The notes below the pieces were generated by a model. The model searched no databases and was not told where the DNA came from. It worked only from the letters and a program-made list of their open reading frames with translations. From Phoronis australis (taxonomy: Eukaryota; Animalia; Phoronida): DNA of 64,000 bases. Where the stretch lies: positions 121,577-185,576 of the forward strand of contig NMRA01000534.1 of assembly GCA_002633005.1 (NCBI GenBank), written 5' to 3'. This document shows, one piece after another, positions 1 to 12,799 of the stretch; the stretch's first letter is position 1; each line of letters starts with the position of its first letter. The position numbers and the translations under genes are program-made.

Positions 1-102
1 TCCCATAGTGGACTCATATCACGTAACCTCTTTACGTGTTTAATTACACGCTCTGCTGTGAAGTCGATCTCTTTGATAGTCGTGAATCGACCAATGCCAA
101 AC
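1..102 (-). CDS. NFS1: NFS1 cysteine desulfurase exon (3' part, runs off window edge)
   Basis: ttttcAG acceptor, then (R)[34 protein letters not shown], the IscS/NFS1 C-terminal motif; phase matches the upstream exon. Confidence 0.95.
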
Positions 103-1237
103 CTGAAAATATTTCACGAAACGGCAACTGTATCAACTCAAAAGTTAGAGAACGAAATTCATGTCGATTATGACTTTGGCAGCACCAAAATGAAAATGAG
201 GAGCTGGCCAAGAAATTGAACAATTAACCAATTTACTTTTCAGGCAGCAAACTGAAATGCAAACCCTTAATTAAAAGTTAATTTGTTTATTAACTATCAA
301 CCTGAATAACAAAAAGTACACTCATGTCTTCAACCAAGTTTGTTTCAATGAAAGGCTGCTACCAAACTATACTATTATAAAAAATATAATTGGTTAAATC
401 ATAATTTCTATTACTTCAATTTTATTTTTGTGCATAATAACCATATGTGATGAATTAAGGCGATACTTATCACACTGAAATTAAAAACAAAGTGCAGAGG
501 GACTACACAGCAGTCGAGTGGCTTATTGAGTAAGTCTACCAATTTCCTCCAAAGCCACAAAATGTTATCTTTTCAACAGTGTAATCACAAATGAACTGAG
601 TAAACAATGCAACAAATCATCTCCAATCTTCCATAGAGGAACTATTGTAAATTCTCTTCAATTCTCCATTTTTCATGCATTTCGTATTAACTTTTTACGG
701 TAAAATGCATACATATGACACTGAGAATGTGTCATATGCCATCATAATGTTGACAGTTTCAGACTTAACAAGTTTGATTGAATGTTTGTTGTTTTACAAG
801 CCCATTTAAAGTGTTCACATGAACCAGAGTTTGCTAGAGGCTGTGTCTTGTCATTTGACACAACCAAGTTAAAAAGACCCATATTGACCTTATGGGTGTG
901 TCACTCAGACAACATTTTTGATAAGTTATAAGAAATAAAACTGAAGAAAAGAAAATCGTTCATTTTGTTTCACGTTTATAACCATAAAAATTTCACTAGA
1001 TTCACCTAATTTTTACAGTATAGTGCACCATATCGTTCTATGCTAGTGTAATAATTTCTGAACTGTTTTCTTCAATCCAAGAAATGGAATGGAATTTTTT
1101 AAAGTGGGTCCATTGGACTCCAGTGTTTGAAAGTGATGGGCAAGCACTGTAAAATGATTGCATTATTTACAAAATCCACCAGGAAACTGCCTTTAATCGC
1201 CAAGCCATTCAGTATACCACAACAACCAATAAAATAC

Positions 1238-1321
1238 CTGATGGAGGAGTGGGCCAGGTCCTCATCTGCACCTATAGCACGCAAAACATAAGATGGCTCC
1301 AGGGAGGCAGATGTACAGGCA
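1238..1321 (-). CDS. NFS1: NFS1 exon containing the catalytic Cys
   Basis: (S)[28 protein letters not shown]; AG/GT bounded; with the previous exon it forms SSGSACTS. Confidence 0.96.
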
Positions 1322-2531
1322 CTACATTGGAACAAAATGTCTGTGAGACAGCAGTGAACAACATTGACCAGACATGATAAGAGACAGAAAACAAGGTCGA
1401 TATCAAGGTAGCTGAGTCAAAATAATGTTTCATGAGAGGAATTATCAAGCACTTTGAGGTTATGTCTAACTTTATCGACAAATCTGCACACCCAGCCAAA
1501 TATTTACAAAATGGCAAAATTTAACAATGAGAAAACTGTATATTTTTTGAAAATAGAAAGCTTGTGACATTTGATTTCTGACTTTTCACCAATCTTCCAG
1601 TAACTGGTCAAAAAAAGATAGGCACAATCTTAGCAAATTAATAGTATCAATAATGTGACCAAATTTCATTTGATATACATTTTCAAGGTGAAAAATCTTA
1701 AACGCATTGTTACAGTTTTCTAAGTTAGCATTTCATTTTCGTTTATGCAACTTTTCATTTTTTCATAAAAGTTTAAAGGTCTATATTCAATATACCCCCA
1801 TGCAAAAGTGGACTAACTGAAAAACAATGCGAAACAGCATCTTAGACAACAGTGAGCAAATCATTGCATCTGAAACTTAAATATGAATCCGATCAGCCAT
1901 TTGTCAGATAAGATTTCCGAAGTTAGCCCAATTTGGGCATTTTTCTAGTCCTACATAACCGGGACATAATGTCAAAATCTCCTTGTGCAAAATATCACAA
2001 CCTTAGTAATTACGAAACATTCACGATAAAAACAGTAAAAAATTAATTATTTGGCTTAAAGTCAGAGCTTGTACCAAATTTTATAATTACGTAATATTGA
2101 CCGTCCCAAATTCAAGAATTGTGATCGTGGACAAACGAGCATTCATCTCCATGTTACAGACTACAGGGGTGCATAAAATGTAGAGTCCGTGACTATTTTT
2201 GATGATTATATAAACCGCCTATTTTCAGACTCTTGATACAAAATGCAAATATGATGACGCCAAAATCGCCAATGTCCCGATCTTCAGAACCGAACAATTC
2301 AATTGCAGGCTGAATTTCAGAGTCCCAAATATTTAGGAAATTGTCCCAAACTGAAGAATATTTACCCTAACTCTTATATATCAATGGCACAATCTCTGAC
2401 CATACTAAAACATTACACATGAACTGACATCTAGTACCACAACTCAGAAACTAAATCAGACTCAAAGATTTGCATATTCATTCTCATTGGAGTCAAATAG
2501 CCAAGACTGGAACCAATGGAAGTAAACACAC

Positions 2532-2613
2532 CTGCCAGATGACAATGCGATGTCTTTGAGGGCCATCAATAAACTTTCACCCTCCACAAATGCAAAGGAC
2601 AGGTTTAAACATC
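2532..2613 (-). CDS. NFS1: NFS1 exon
   Basis: (G)[26 protein letters not shown](S); ttttcAG/GT bounded. Confidence 0.96.
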
Positions 2614-3383
2614 CTGAAAATACACACAAGTTTAGTGTCGTCCTGCACATGGAAATAAGATAGAAGACTAATAGTTTAATTGTATAAGCGGGCCTTTAGC
2701 ACCATGTGCGTTGAAATGTCTACATTTTGTAAAATCTCATCAATGTAGGACACAATAAGGCAGACAATTTGAAATTTTGTTTTCTTGTTTTTCAATAAAG
2801 CACCAAATTATTGATTTTCCATGCTCAAGATTTGTACCATAGCTGCTACTGCCAGACAATAGTTTGAAAAAAATGTGGGCATTTGTAGCAATAATAGAAG
2901 CAAGAAAAATGAAAATAATTTTAGCAATTATTTATGTCCGAAATTGGTGAGATTTACAACAACAGTTGTGTAACATACATGTAAACATTTATACTTTTCA
3001 TTACAATGATCTCTACGAGTATCAGTAATTACAATGACAATAATTTAATTATAGATTCGTCTAAAAATAGCTGCCACAAGTAATAACAGTGGCCTTGGAT
3101 TTTCTGTAATAAAAATAACAATACTTAACAACATGCTTTTATCTCATAACTGTGCTGAAAATATTTGTATCATTATGAAGGAAGACTGTGTTGATACATC
3201 TTTGCATAACCAAGTAATGAATGTGCATTTGGTTCAGCAGAAATGTTTGCATAAAGAATGACTACTGGTTTAATGTCACTATCATTGAATGCATAAGGCT
3301 ATGTAAGAACTTTTTGACGAATCTGTACACTTAACAGCCAAATATCTTCAAAACTATGGATTTTAATCCAGTAAAAATATATA

Positions 3384-4317
3384 CGGTAAAGTCGCGTGAT
3401 TTTCGGACGGCCCGCCATTTTCGACCAAGATTAAATATTTCCGAAATGAGTTTTTCATAGTCCACGAAATTCGTACAAGGTCCAAAAACTGTTTTTTAAT
3501 GATTTTCGAACTTCGGACAATGTCATAAACGTCGGATTATTGCCCCGCGACTTTCGGACAAGGAAAATTTTAGAAACGCTAATTTGGGATCGACGCAACT
3601 CCCGTGTCACTAAAGCGTTCAACGGATGATTACTACTCTATAAGGCTTGAATCTGAGAATTGGTGTAACGGGCTTTGTAATTTTTACCTTGTCTTGACGA
3701 TGTCATGACCGTTACTCGATTGTCTTGCGTTTAGCTTGTGTTTAGTGCTTTAGCTATTGAAAGAGTCACCGAGTCCGGCATGACGAAAATTTCTGATGAA
3801 AATACAAATGGGAAATACACCGAAGGCTGCAGTTTTTCGTTGTAGCGTAACATGTGCTCTGGTTTAATTAGACCGTGTTGTTCGACTTCGGATTGTGACA
3901 TTGAACTTGCACGTCTGACATCAACTTGCGTGTTTACGAAACGTTTTTATTTTTAAAACGTCCTGGCCTTTGCAAATGCCCTTGTTAGTGGCTAAAATCT
4001 CCGGCGACGTGTCCCGATTTTATTCTTGACGTGATGAGAAATATTTTTTGTTTAGGCCTCTATTCACAATAGGCCACAGCTAAGTCTGTCTGTAGGATAT
4101 CGCGCCTTCAAAGTAATGTAGATAGTGAACAGCAGCAGCCGAATGAGACGGAGCCAAAGTAAAGCTGGTTAAAAATCAAACATAGTGCAAGGCCCAGCAC
4201 TCAGAAAGGGGCGCGGCGCACACGCAATTGTTACAGAGACATTGCATCCCTGTCCTATGTTGTGTAAGCGCCGGTGTGCTATAACACATATCAAAAACTA
4301 ATGTACATCCACGTAAC
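3384..4317. mobile_element. DNA transposon end (TA-flanked, terminus CGGTAAAGTCGCG), copy 1, in an NFS1 intron
   Basis: Near-identical to 18945-19874. Both copies start right after TA and have subterminal TTCGGAC repeats; this copy is truncated at N4318. Confidence 0.8.
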
Positions 4318-4318
4318 N

Positions 4319-4432
4319 GCCAAACCCTTCAATATCAAATGCTAACAACATATTCAAACATTACTAGCCAAACCCTTCAATATCAAATGCTAACAACATA
4401 TTCAAACATTACTAGCCAAACCCTTCAATATC
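4319..4432. repeat. 48-bp tandem repeat, about 2.3 copies
   Basis: gccaaacccttcaatatcaaatgctaacaacatattcaaacattacta repeated immediately after N4318. Confidence 0.85.
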
Positions 4433-4789
4433 TCTTCAATGACCGGTTCATGTTTCTTAATCCAACATATTTGTCAAAAAATTCAATACTTAAACATTGT
4501 ATGAAACTATAACTGCATATTTCATTGCTGCTCATAAAAAAAGATTTAAGACAGAAATTTGGTCTTATGCTCTCACTTCACAGTTGCTGAAAAAGGCTCA
4601 GCCAAGTAATTATGTGCCCGTTACAGTCTAGAAATAATTTGTAAAAGATATTTCAAAGAATAATATGTGTATATTTTAACAAACTTCGCATGTTTGCTCA
4701 TTCTTTTTCAGAAATAGTTGTGTGGAGCGTAAGATCAAAATTTTTCCTTAAGTCTCAAGTCACTTTTCATTAAACGGACCCCAGCTTAC

Positions 4790-4947
4790 CTCCATCTCAT
4801 TCATCGCTATTTCACATGCTGCTCCCATCCCCACCACGAGGGGTGTAGGGACTGTGCCGCTACGCATGCCCCTCTCCTGTCCCCCGCCGCTCTGCACTGC
4901 CTCAATACGCACACGCGGTCGTCGGCGGACATACAACGCACCTACAC
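4790..4947 (-). CDS. NFS1: NFS1 exon
   Basis: (G)[52 protein letters not shown]; AG/GTAAG. Confidence 0.96.
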
Positions 4948-5973
4948 CTGTACAAGAAACCACAGTAACAGCAAGTCAATCATATGGGCAAAATTGCAAC
5001 ACTTTGCCAATGAACTGAACCATTCTCTCTCACAAACAAGATTTTGATTAAACCTTGTTCATCTCACTATAGGGAACTTTTAATAAAAACACTTAATGCC
5101 AACCAGTTGACTTTATTTTTTAAATCCCAATACATTTTTAAACTTGATATAAAGTTATTCTAATGCTGTATTTTACCTCGTCTACTTGGTTAAAAATGCA
5201 AATCAAATTAGGTCTTTTATGTTCAAAAATCAGTCTCATAATATTCTTTAAAATACTATTCTGTTACCAACTAAAGTCATATTTTTAATAAAGCACAAAA
5301 ATGGCTCCAGGTGATCAATGCAATGGGCCCACATGCGTGGCCTGTGCACATCTGGTAAGTGTAAAAAATAAAGTCAATATCTTGAAATTCACAAACTTCA
5401 GGGCTGGTGAACCCCAATAAATTCTGAAGTGTTTTCTCAAGACGTTGATGGTTTCGACATTTTTGTTGGTAACAGATTCTGAAATAGATCCCAGTCAAAG
5501 TAAGGAATACTACGAGTCAGACAGATTTTGTGACAGTAAAAGGCCTCATTTGATTATCAGTTTTTAGCCATCTTTACAGGATAAAATGTAGCTTTATGTT
5601 ATGTTGAAAATCTTGAGCGACCTCAAATTTTTGTTTAAAAATGTTCAACATGAATGTACTCTATATTGAACAGTGATATTGCAACAACATATCAAGTTCT
5701 GTATACCAGAAACTTGAGATGGAGTCCACTGCAGTCCTGGCCGACTGCTCTGTGGATACCTGGCTAACCAAAGCTAATGTTATACAGTCAGATTTACTAC
5801 AAAACAACACATGGTAAAAATTATTCAGATTAGGACACAATATGGCGGACAAGAGAAATTTAATTTTGTCAAATTTCTCAACAAAAATAACTTTTCAGCA
5901 AAATTTGGCACACTTTTGGCATGATTTGTATGGAATAGCTTTTACCAAACAGCATTTGGTAAAATTGTGATCA

Positions 5974-6210
<237 letters not shown>

Positions 6211-6269
6211 TTATTACTGCAATTGAGCATGCACGTCCAGGGAGTAACAATTAGTGTAGTAAGGGTGTT

Positions 6270-6407
6270 ATGATGTTGGGTATGACATTTATTAAATAGA
6301 ATAATAGAAGTGTTTATGATGTTGGTTATGATGTTATTTATATTGTTTATTTTAGTTATGTTGTTAATGGTGTTAGTCATTATGGCGTTTATGATGATTG
6401 TTATCAT
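6270..6407. repeat. Low-complexity degenerate trinucleotide (GTT/ATG/TTA) tract in an NFS1 intron
   Basis: tgttatgatgttgg...gttatgttgttaatggtg-type repeats; produces a spurious N/I/T-rich ORF. Confidence 0.6.
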
Positions 6408-7007
6408 GGCCGAACATGCATGTACTTCAATTTTGGCAATTCGTGTTCTTCTTTCGATTTTGCATAATATACAGAAGAAATAATTCTAGATGTGACATTA
6501 ATGGAGTTATCATTACGCAGTATTTTAAGCACAGCATACCATCTTGTATAACTTCCATTACCATCTTAATATTGCAATTTTTGGGCCCCGAAAATTTATA
6601 CAGTCTAGCTTTAAACACATGGTCTTGCATCCATACTTGATCTAAATTACATGGTACTTTCACACCTCATCTCTTTTCCAACAAAACTAAAAGATTGAAG
6701 TGCATTTTGCAAGGGGAATCAGCAAAGCAGCTATCAATGCAGGAACAGCACATATTCTTTGAGGCCCATTTCACAGAAATGCTAAGCAGTTGTTTTGGTT
6801 GAACTTGAGCAACAGATACAATAACAGAACTCATGACGAGCAGAAAATGCAAAGGAAAAAATTTACTCCATGGAGAGAGGGTGGCTCACCCGTCAAGGAT
6901 TTTGACAACATAACTTTGAGAATAGAAGGTAATGGATACACAAACGTATGCAAAAACTTCCAATCTTTAATGAAAGGAGCCTTTGGACAACAAGTGAACA
7001 AACCCAC

Positions 7008-7101
7008 CTATCTCCTCAACAGGCTGCCGTACACCGATCTCATTGTTGACAGCCATTACAGACACCAGCGACGTATCAGGGCGCATTGCATCTTCCAGCG
7101 C
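7008..7101 (-). CDS. NFS1: NFS1 exon
   Basis: ALEDAMRPDTSLVSVMAVNNEIGVRQPVEEI(G) with the NNEIG motif; AG/GT; translated by hand because it is absent from the ORF track. Confidence 0.95.
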
Positions 7102-8153
7102 CTATAGAGGGAGCATGGTAAATAAAACTGAAGCAAGAGCAACCCAAACAAAATACCATCAATGGCATTATTACTGGTTTAACTTTACATGTACTTCAAA
7201 TCTGTATATCTATTGCAAACTTTACCCACATGCAGACAATACTTCATACCTGGTGACAAAACTCTGAGTATACAGTTTCTAAATCCCAAAAATATCTAAA
7301 TTCACACCTAAAACATCACACAATCATTAATATTCTTGTGATGCCATTCTTCTCAAAATTTGTCATTTTTCGATTCGAACTAGAATTACCAGCACACCTA
7401 AACTGCAGGCCATTAAATCTTTGAAACATATATTTTTGCTGTCAACATGCACAGAGCTGTGTCTAAGATTTTTATTCACCCCCAAATATCATCCATTAAA
7501 ATCTAGTTTTAAAGACACAATCCCAGTCTTCATTTTTGACTGCTGATATCTGATATATCTATTGTACAAAAAATCTGAGACATGATTCTCTCAGCCATTG
7601 ACCTGAAAATAAGTGTGCAAAATCTCATGCGAATGGACCCATGTGAAAACATGATGATCAAAACAGCTAAAGACAAATTAAAAATTAAAAGGCTTGAAAA
7701 TGGCCAATAAAGATTTGTCATGTGATTGAAATCAATGATTCAGTCATACCAAATAACATGCATATTTGGCACATTAACAACACGTTTCAAAAATGTTATT
7801 TATAAACAAAGAAATAATTTTATGCAATATGTGAATGCATTTATGAAAAAGTTTCCCAGAAAGTAGACCATTACCTTAAGTTGAAACGAAGCATATCATT
7901 ACTATGATAGCGGTATAAATAAAAAGCGCTGGTTCACGTTCTTTTAAGAATTTCATTCAAATGAGCTGTGAGGAACAAAAAATACGATATCATTAAGAAA
8001 AAAACGGCTACATATTGGCTAAAATTTCAATTCATTTGGCCTTAATATTCTTCACTTGAATTGCTCCAAAAATGAACTGAAGTTACACATGAGTACATCC
8101 CCAATCCCAGCAGTCCACATTGAGATATTGCTACAAAGATATGAATGAGTTAC

Positions 8154-8252
8154 CTTGAGTTCTACAACACCATTAGACTTGACAGGCAGGTAGGTCACTT
8201 CAAACCCTTCCGCTTCTAGTTGACGGCATGAATCTAACACACATTTGTGTTC
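8154..8252 (-). CDS. NFS1: NFS1 exon
   Basis: [33 protein letters not shown]; cAG/GTAAC. Confidence 0.96.
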
Positions 8253-8842
8253 CTGCAACACAACGATGGAAGATATCACAAAGGAACACACAGCTTGGGT
8301 CTGTTTTATTTGCACACGTAGCCAAAGGGTGAGCTTCTTGTCTTGGTTAATTCCAAGAATCATACTCATCCTAAATCAAACAGAATGACAGAGCAATTTT
8401 TGCATAAAGAACGGGGGGTTATCGTTCTTGTAATAGCTGAACTTGTACTTCACAACTCAGATTCTCATGTGAATATGTGACACATGAGTACAATGAATGC
8501 TAACGGAAATACATATTAGACTTGTCTGGTGCACACTGGGAGTTCCTATACTAACAGACAAAAAAATATCATCAAACAAAAATAATCGCCAAAATTGATC
8601 TTTTCTCATTTTTCAAATGCTTCTAACACAATTGTGAATGTTTGTCACTTCGTGAAACTGTAAAAGATGGTATAAAAATTAAAAATTATAATGCATTTAT
8701 TTGTTGTTTCTTATTCTTTACTGTAAAATAAGAAAATGCAACTTCACTTGTCCCCCATATTGTGTCCTAAATTAATGAGATTATATCCTACCTCTACAGA
8801 GTTTAGAAATAAGGAAGCGTGTGGTGATTTCTATTCACTCAC

Positions 8843-8980
8843 AGTTTGTGTGGTGATGATGTGTTTCTTCTTTGACTTGTAGAATCTGCCTACACCCTTC
8901 ACAGCTATGTTGTTGGACTCTGTGGCTCCACTAGTGAAGATGATCTCTCTGGAGTCCGCGCCTATCAAGTCAGCCACTTG
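8843..8980 (-). CDS. NFS1: NFS1 exon
   Basis: [46 protein letters not shown]; tAG/GTGAGT. Confidence 0.96.
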
Positions 8981-9478
8981 CTACAGAAACGATAAAAAGG
9001 CAATATAACAGGCATGGCAAACAAATGAGTTATTATAAATTTCTATAATAAACACAGGTTTATTGTTGGATGAGAACTGAAAACCATGGTAACGTTTTGA
9101 TTCATATTTTGAGGTGGAACCATCTGGTTTGGTTTTACATTAAGTTATTACACATTGACAAAATTCACCAACTGCTTTAAGTTTCAATACCACTCATCAT
9201 TGCTAACTCAATTTATAACAGTTTGAGCTTTGTGTGATTTTTGCTTGTCAGACGCCACTGCGTTTGACCTTAAATGTCTTCACTACACTTGAAATGTTGA
9301 TTTTGTCAAATTTCAATGCACAAGTTTTGGATGTCGCGCACATCACTGTCCACAGTCAAAATTATTCAACTTCCACTGACAGTGTTTGTTTCAAACACGA
9401 AAAACATTAGTAGAACTTAAGACAAAATCAAGAATAGTATCAAGTGATCAAAAATAATCTCTGAATTTTAACTCTGAC

Positions 9479-9654
9479 CTTTCTGGCCCTTTCTACTGCA
9501 GCCTCGCTCTCCCATCCATATTTGTGCGTCCTCGAGTGAGGGTTGCCATAGTAACTGAGAAAATAGGGCATCATAGCATCGGCAACACGAGGGTCCATTG
9601 GTGACGTAGATTGTACATCCAAATAAAGAGGGTGTACATTTTCTTCTACAACAG
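9479..9654 (-). CDS. NFS1: NFS1 exon (start of the catalytic domain); upstream presequence exon not located
   Basis: [58 protein letters not shown]; acceptor at 9654 or the in-phase one at 9645. Confidence 0.93.
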
Positions 9655-12600
9655 CTGAAAGTGAGAGGAAATAACAATAAGTTAGATATTTACTTTATGT
9701 AATACATAAACAAACACAACATTTGTGAAAGATTAAGATGATATCTTGAGTTATCACAGCACGGTGAAATAGGGTACAAGTTATCCCTTTTTCATTTTAT
9801 GTAGATAACTTCTGGTGGATCTTATCCTGAACGTCCCCTAACACATCATTACAAACGGCTATGCTAACGATTTCAAAACTGAATGAAAGAGAGAAATAAA
9901 TAAATTATAATTGCCAGAGAATTTGTTCAAGCTGGAAGGATCACTTGTTTGAGTCGGGTAATGAAATACCCAAAGAAGTGGTCACATATTGTAGTGGTTC
10001 TAAGTACTTTGTTACCAGCAAACTGAAATTTTGAGCACATCTCACTTCAACAAAGTTCTCACCATCTCCAGAAAGATGTTGCTTTACCAAATTAAATAAT
10101 CAGTCAAATGTCGCACACATGTGCAGGAATATACTTAGACACTAACCCAGTTGTCAATGTGACTAAAAACAGTACTCTGCAAGTGGAAAATCACTAACCA
10201 CTCACTCAGCTGGTGAGCAAACTTTCAGACCTGTACTCTATCGTGCCCCAGCTTTTTGTAGATTGCAAATGTATACTTTTTCTTCCTTGTGGTGTTTAAG
10301 GTTAATTTTGGCCCGTGTCTTAGTGCTCCATCAATAAAAAACATTGACACAGTGCACTCGAACAGAGCCAGTGGATGTTAAAATTTACGTGATTTGTTTA
10401 AATCTGATTAGGCTAGATGAAAGGTCACAGTGAAAGCTGGATGTTCTTGCAAAAACAATACCAGTGAACGAAATTGATACCTGAAATATCGGCAATGATT
10501 TATGTTGTGACAAAGGAAGTGATGAACTTGAATGGGCATGGGATTTTTAACCTTCTTCGACTGCCAGCCAATTCCTGGGGTGAATGTTGACTGGTCGCCA
10601 TAACTTACATGTACTTGTTTAAATTAACAGTAATTCACTAATTCATGGTGGTTAACAGAAAAAATATATTTTGTGGTACTGACTTTTCAGTGTAAACATA
10701 ATTTCAGCCAAGAATATTTAATGAATAATAACACTGTAAACACATATTAACTGTTACAGTAATGGTTGTCAAAGTAATCGCTATTTGCAAAAAATTATCA
10801 AAAATTTTTAGCTTCATCAGCAATAGAGTTTATGTGGAATGGCCATGGGATTTCCACCCTTTAGAAACTTTAGTCTACACGCGAGGCGTAATATGAACGC
10901 ATGGCTGGAGCAGGACAGACTTTGAATTGCCGTATACTTGACAATGGTTTCAAGCTCTCTGGACATATGTGATGGTCACTACAGCACCAGTGTTTGAGGT
11001 CAAAGTGTTTTATTGGAGAGCATGAGCAGCTGCTTAACACGTCAGTCAGACTACATCAAAGAGTACCAGATATATTGCACCCACCATCAAACTGTTGATG
11101 CGCTCTGAACCCTCATCCATACAGCTTCAGTGTTATCATTTGAGACACACATGACTTTTACCAACCCACGTCAATCGAACTATATCAGAGTATGCGCATG
11201 AACACCGTGCCCGCTTAGGACAAAATGTGGAGTTAAAGACGCGGAGGTTGCGTTTGTGTGTATGAAGCTAAAAGGCTGGAAGTCTCTCGACGTGGGACAA
11301 TTTCTAGGTAGGAATTCTTCATTTGATAAAAACAAGACTAGCTTAATAGTAGGTGACATCTACGAGTACTCACTAAACAACCACTTTTATTAAATTGGCA
11401 GCAACTTTGTCTGTTGAAACTGACATGAAACAGGTGACTTAACTTTAAGCAGGCAGACTTGATTTTATGGCTCAGTCACCTGGCTGGCGAGCAGGGTGTT
11501 GAGGCCTAATTATATCCCTCCATGTGTCCCAACAGTACTATTTAGTAGTCAACATTGTAATGCAAAAAACAGACCTTTATTCTCTTAAATGGTCGTAACA
11601 GACAAGGTAGGTATCATCTGAATGTCGGAATTGTGAACAGATTGTAACTAAAGGTATGTCAAACTGAAAATCCAGCTTCGCTTGTTTTCAAACAATTTAT
11701 CCCAACTGATTCCTAGCTGCTGCTTTGCTGACCAGTCATACAAAGGGTACACATAGGCTGACTAGGTTCAACCAAGGCAGGAAGCAGCACACCATACTAA
11801 TAATCTACAATGCCATTAGACACAAAGCCCCTCGGTTGGTTGGATAGATGCCTGCAGCATTCAGGGTTATGTAATTGCCTCATAATAATATATTATATGC
11901 CATGTTAGCCTTGGCACAAAGCTGTATACTAACTATACAGCTTTGAGCTGATATGAGTAAAAAAGTGGTAAGATAAAACCTGACACAAAATTAGTGTCAC
12001 TAAAAACTACAATCTTCCTTGAGTAAACTAAATTATTCAACGGTGCTGCTTAAGTTGTAGAGCAATCTTTAACGACAACTTTCGGTGCCATGAAATATTA
12101 CGTCACCTATTGGCCAGTATCTTTTTTCACCAATTCTTGAATCAACTGTTGTTCTTTCACAAGGTTGCACACACGTCACAACAAATTATTGGAACTGGTT
12201 TCACTTCATCATAAGTTTTTTAGAATTTTGATACTGAAAAAACAAATTTCAGAAGAAGTTTTACTGTTTCCAAGCTATCATATCATCTCCCAAGAGATGT
12301 CGCAAAAATTTAGGATATGGCACATCCACGTGTCACGAGCAAACTGTTTTCAATACGACCACATAACTTTTCTTTGTTAGAAAAGGTGGATGATTATGCA
12401 AGAAAATGACGTCTATTAGATTGTTTGATTTCCAGATTTTGCATGCACCTCATCCGGTCTTGAGCTCTACATGTTGATACAGGTTTCACGGCTAGTTGAC
12501 GAGCAGAATTACCCTTGGTGTGTGCAATTTTTGGGTCTATGGAAGAAAAACACAGTGGTACTTAGCTGTATTTTGACGATAGTCTTCATAAGTTCATACA

Positions 12601-12799
12601 GCTAGCTGGCTGGCTAATGCCATGTGCGCCAGAAGATTTTCTGCAAATAACATTTCAACCTGGCTAAATTACCAAATACTTTTACAGCGTAGGACACCTT
12701 TGCAGGCCGTAGATATATTTAAATCCTTCCAAACTGAACAAATACTCTGGCAATCAAGATTCTGCTGATTGAAAATTTACGATTTAGGCCTACGAATTT

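Noticed and set aside
1099-1135. GVQWTH peptide resembling the NFS1 C-terminus
   Set aside because: Lies in an intron upstream of the RFGIGRF exon, so the order is wrong; likely chance.
7530-7721. SMAERIMSQI peptide resembling the missing NFS1 exon
   Set aside because: Wrong intron, no NGD/YP continuation, and no suitable donor.
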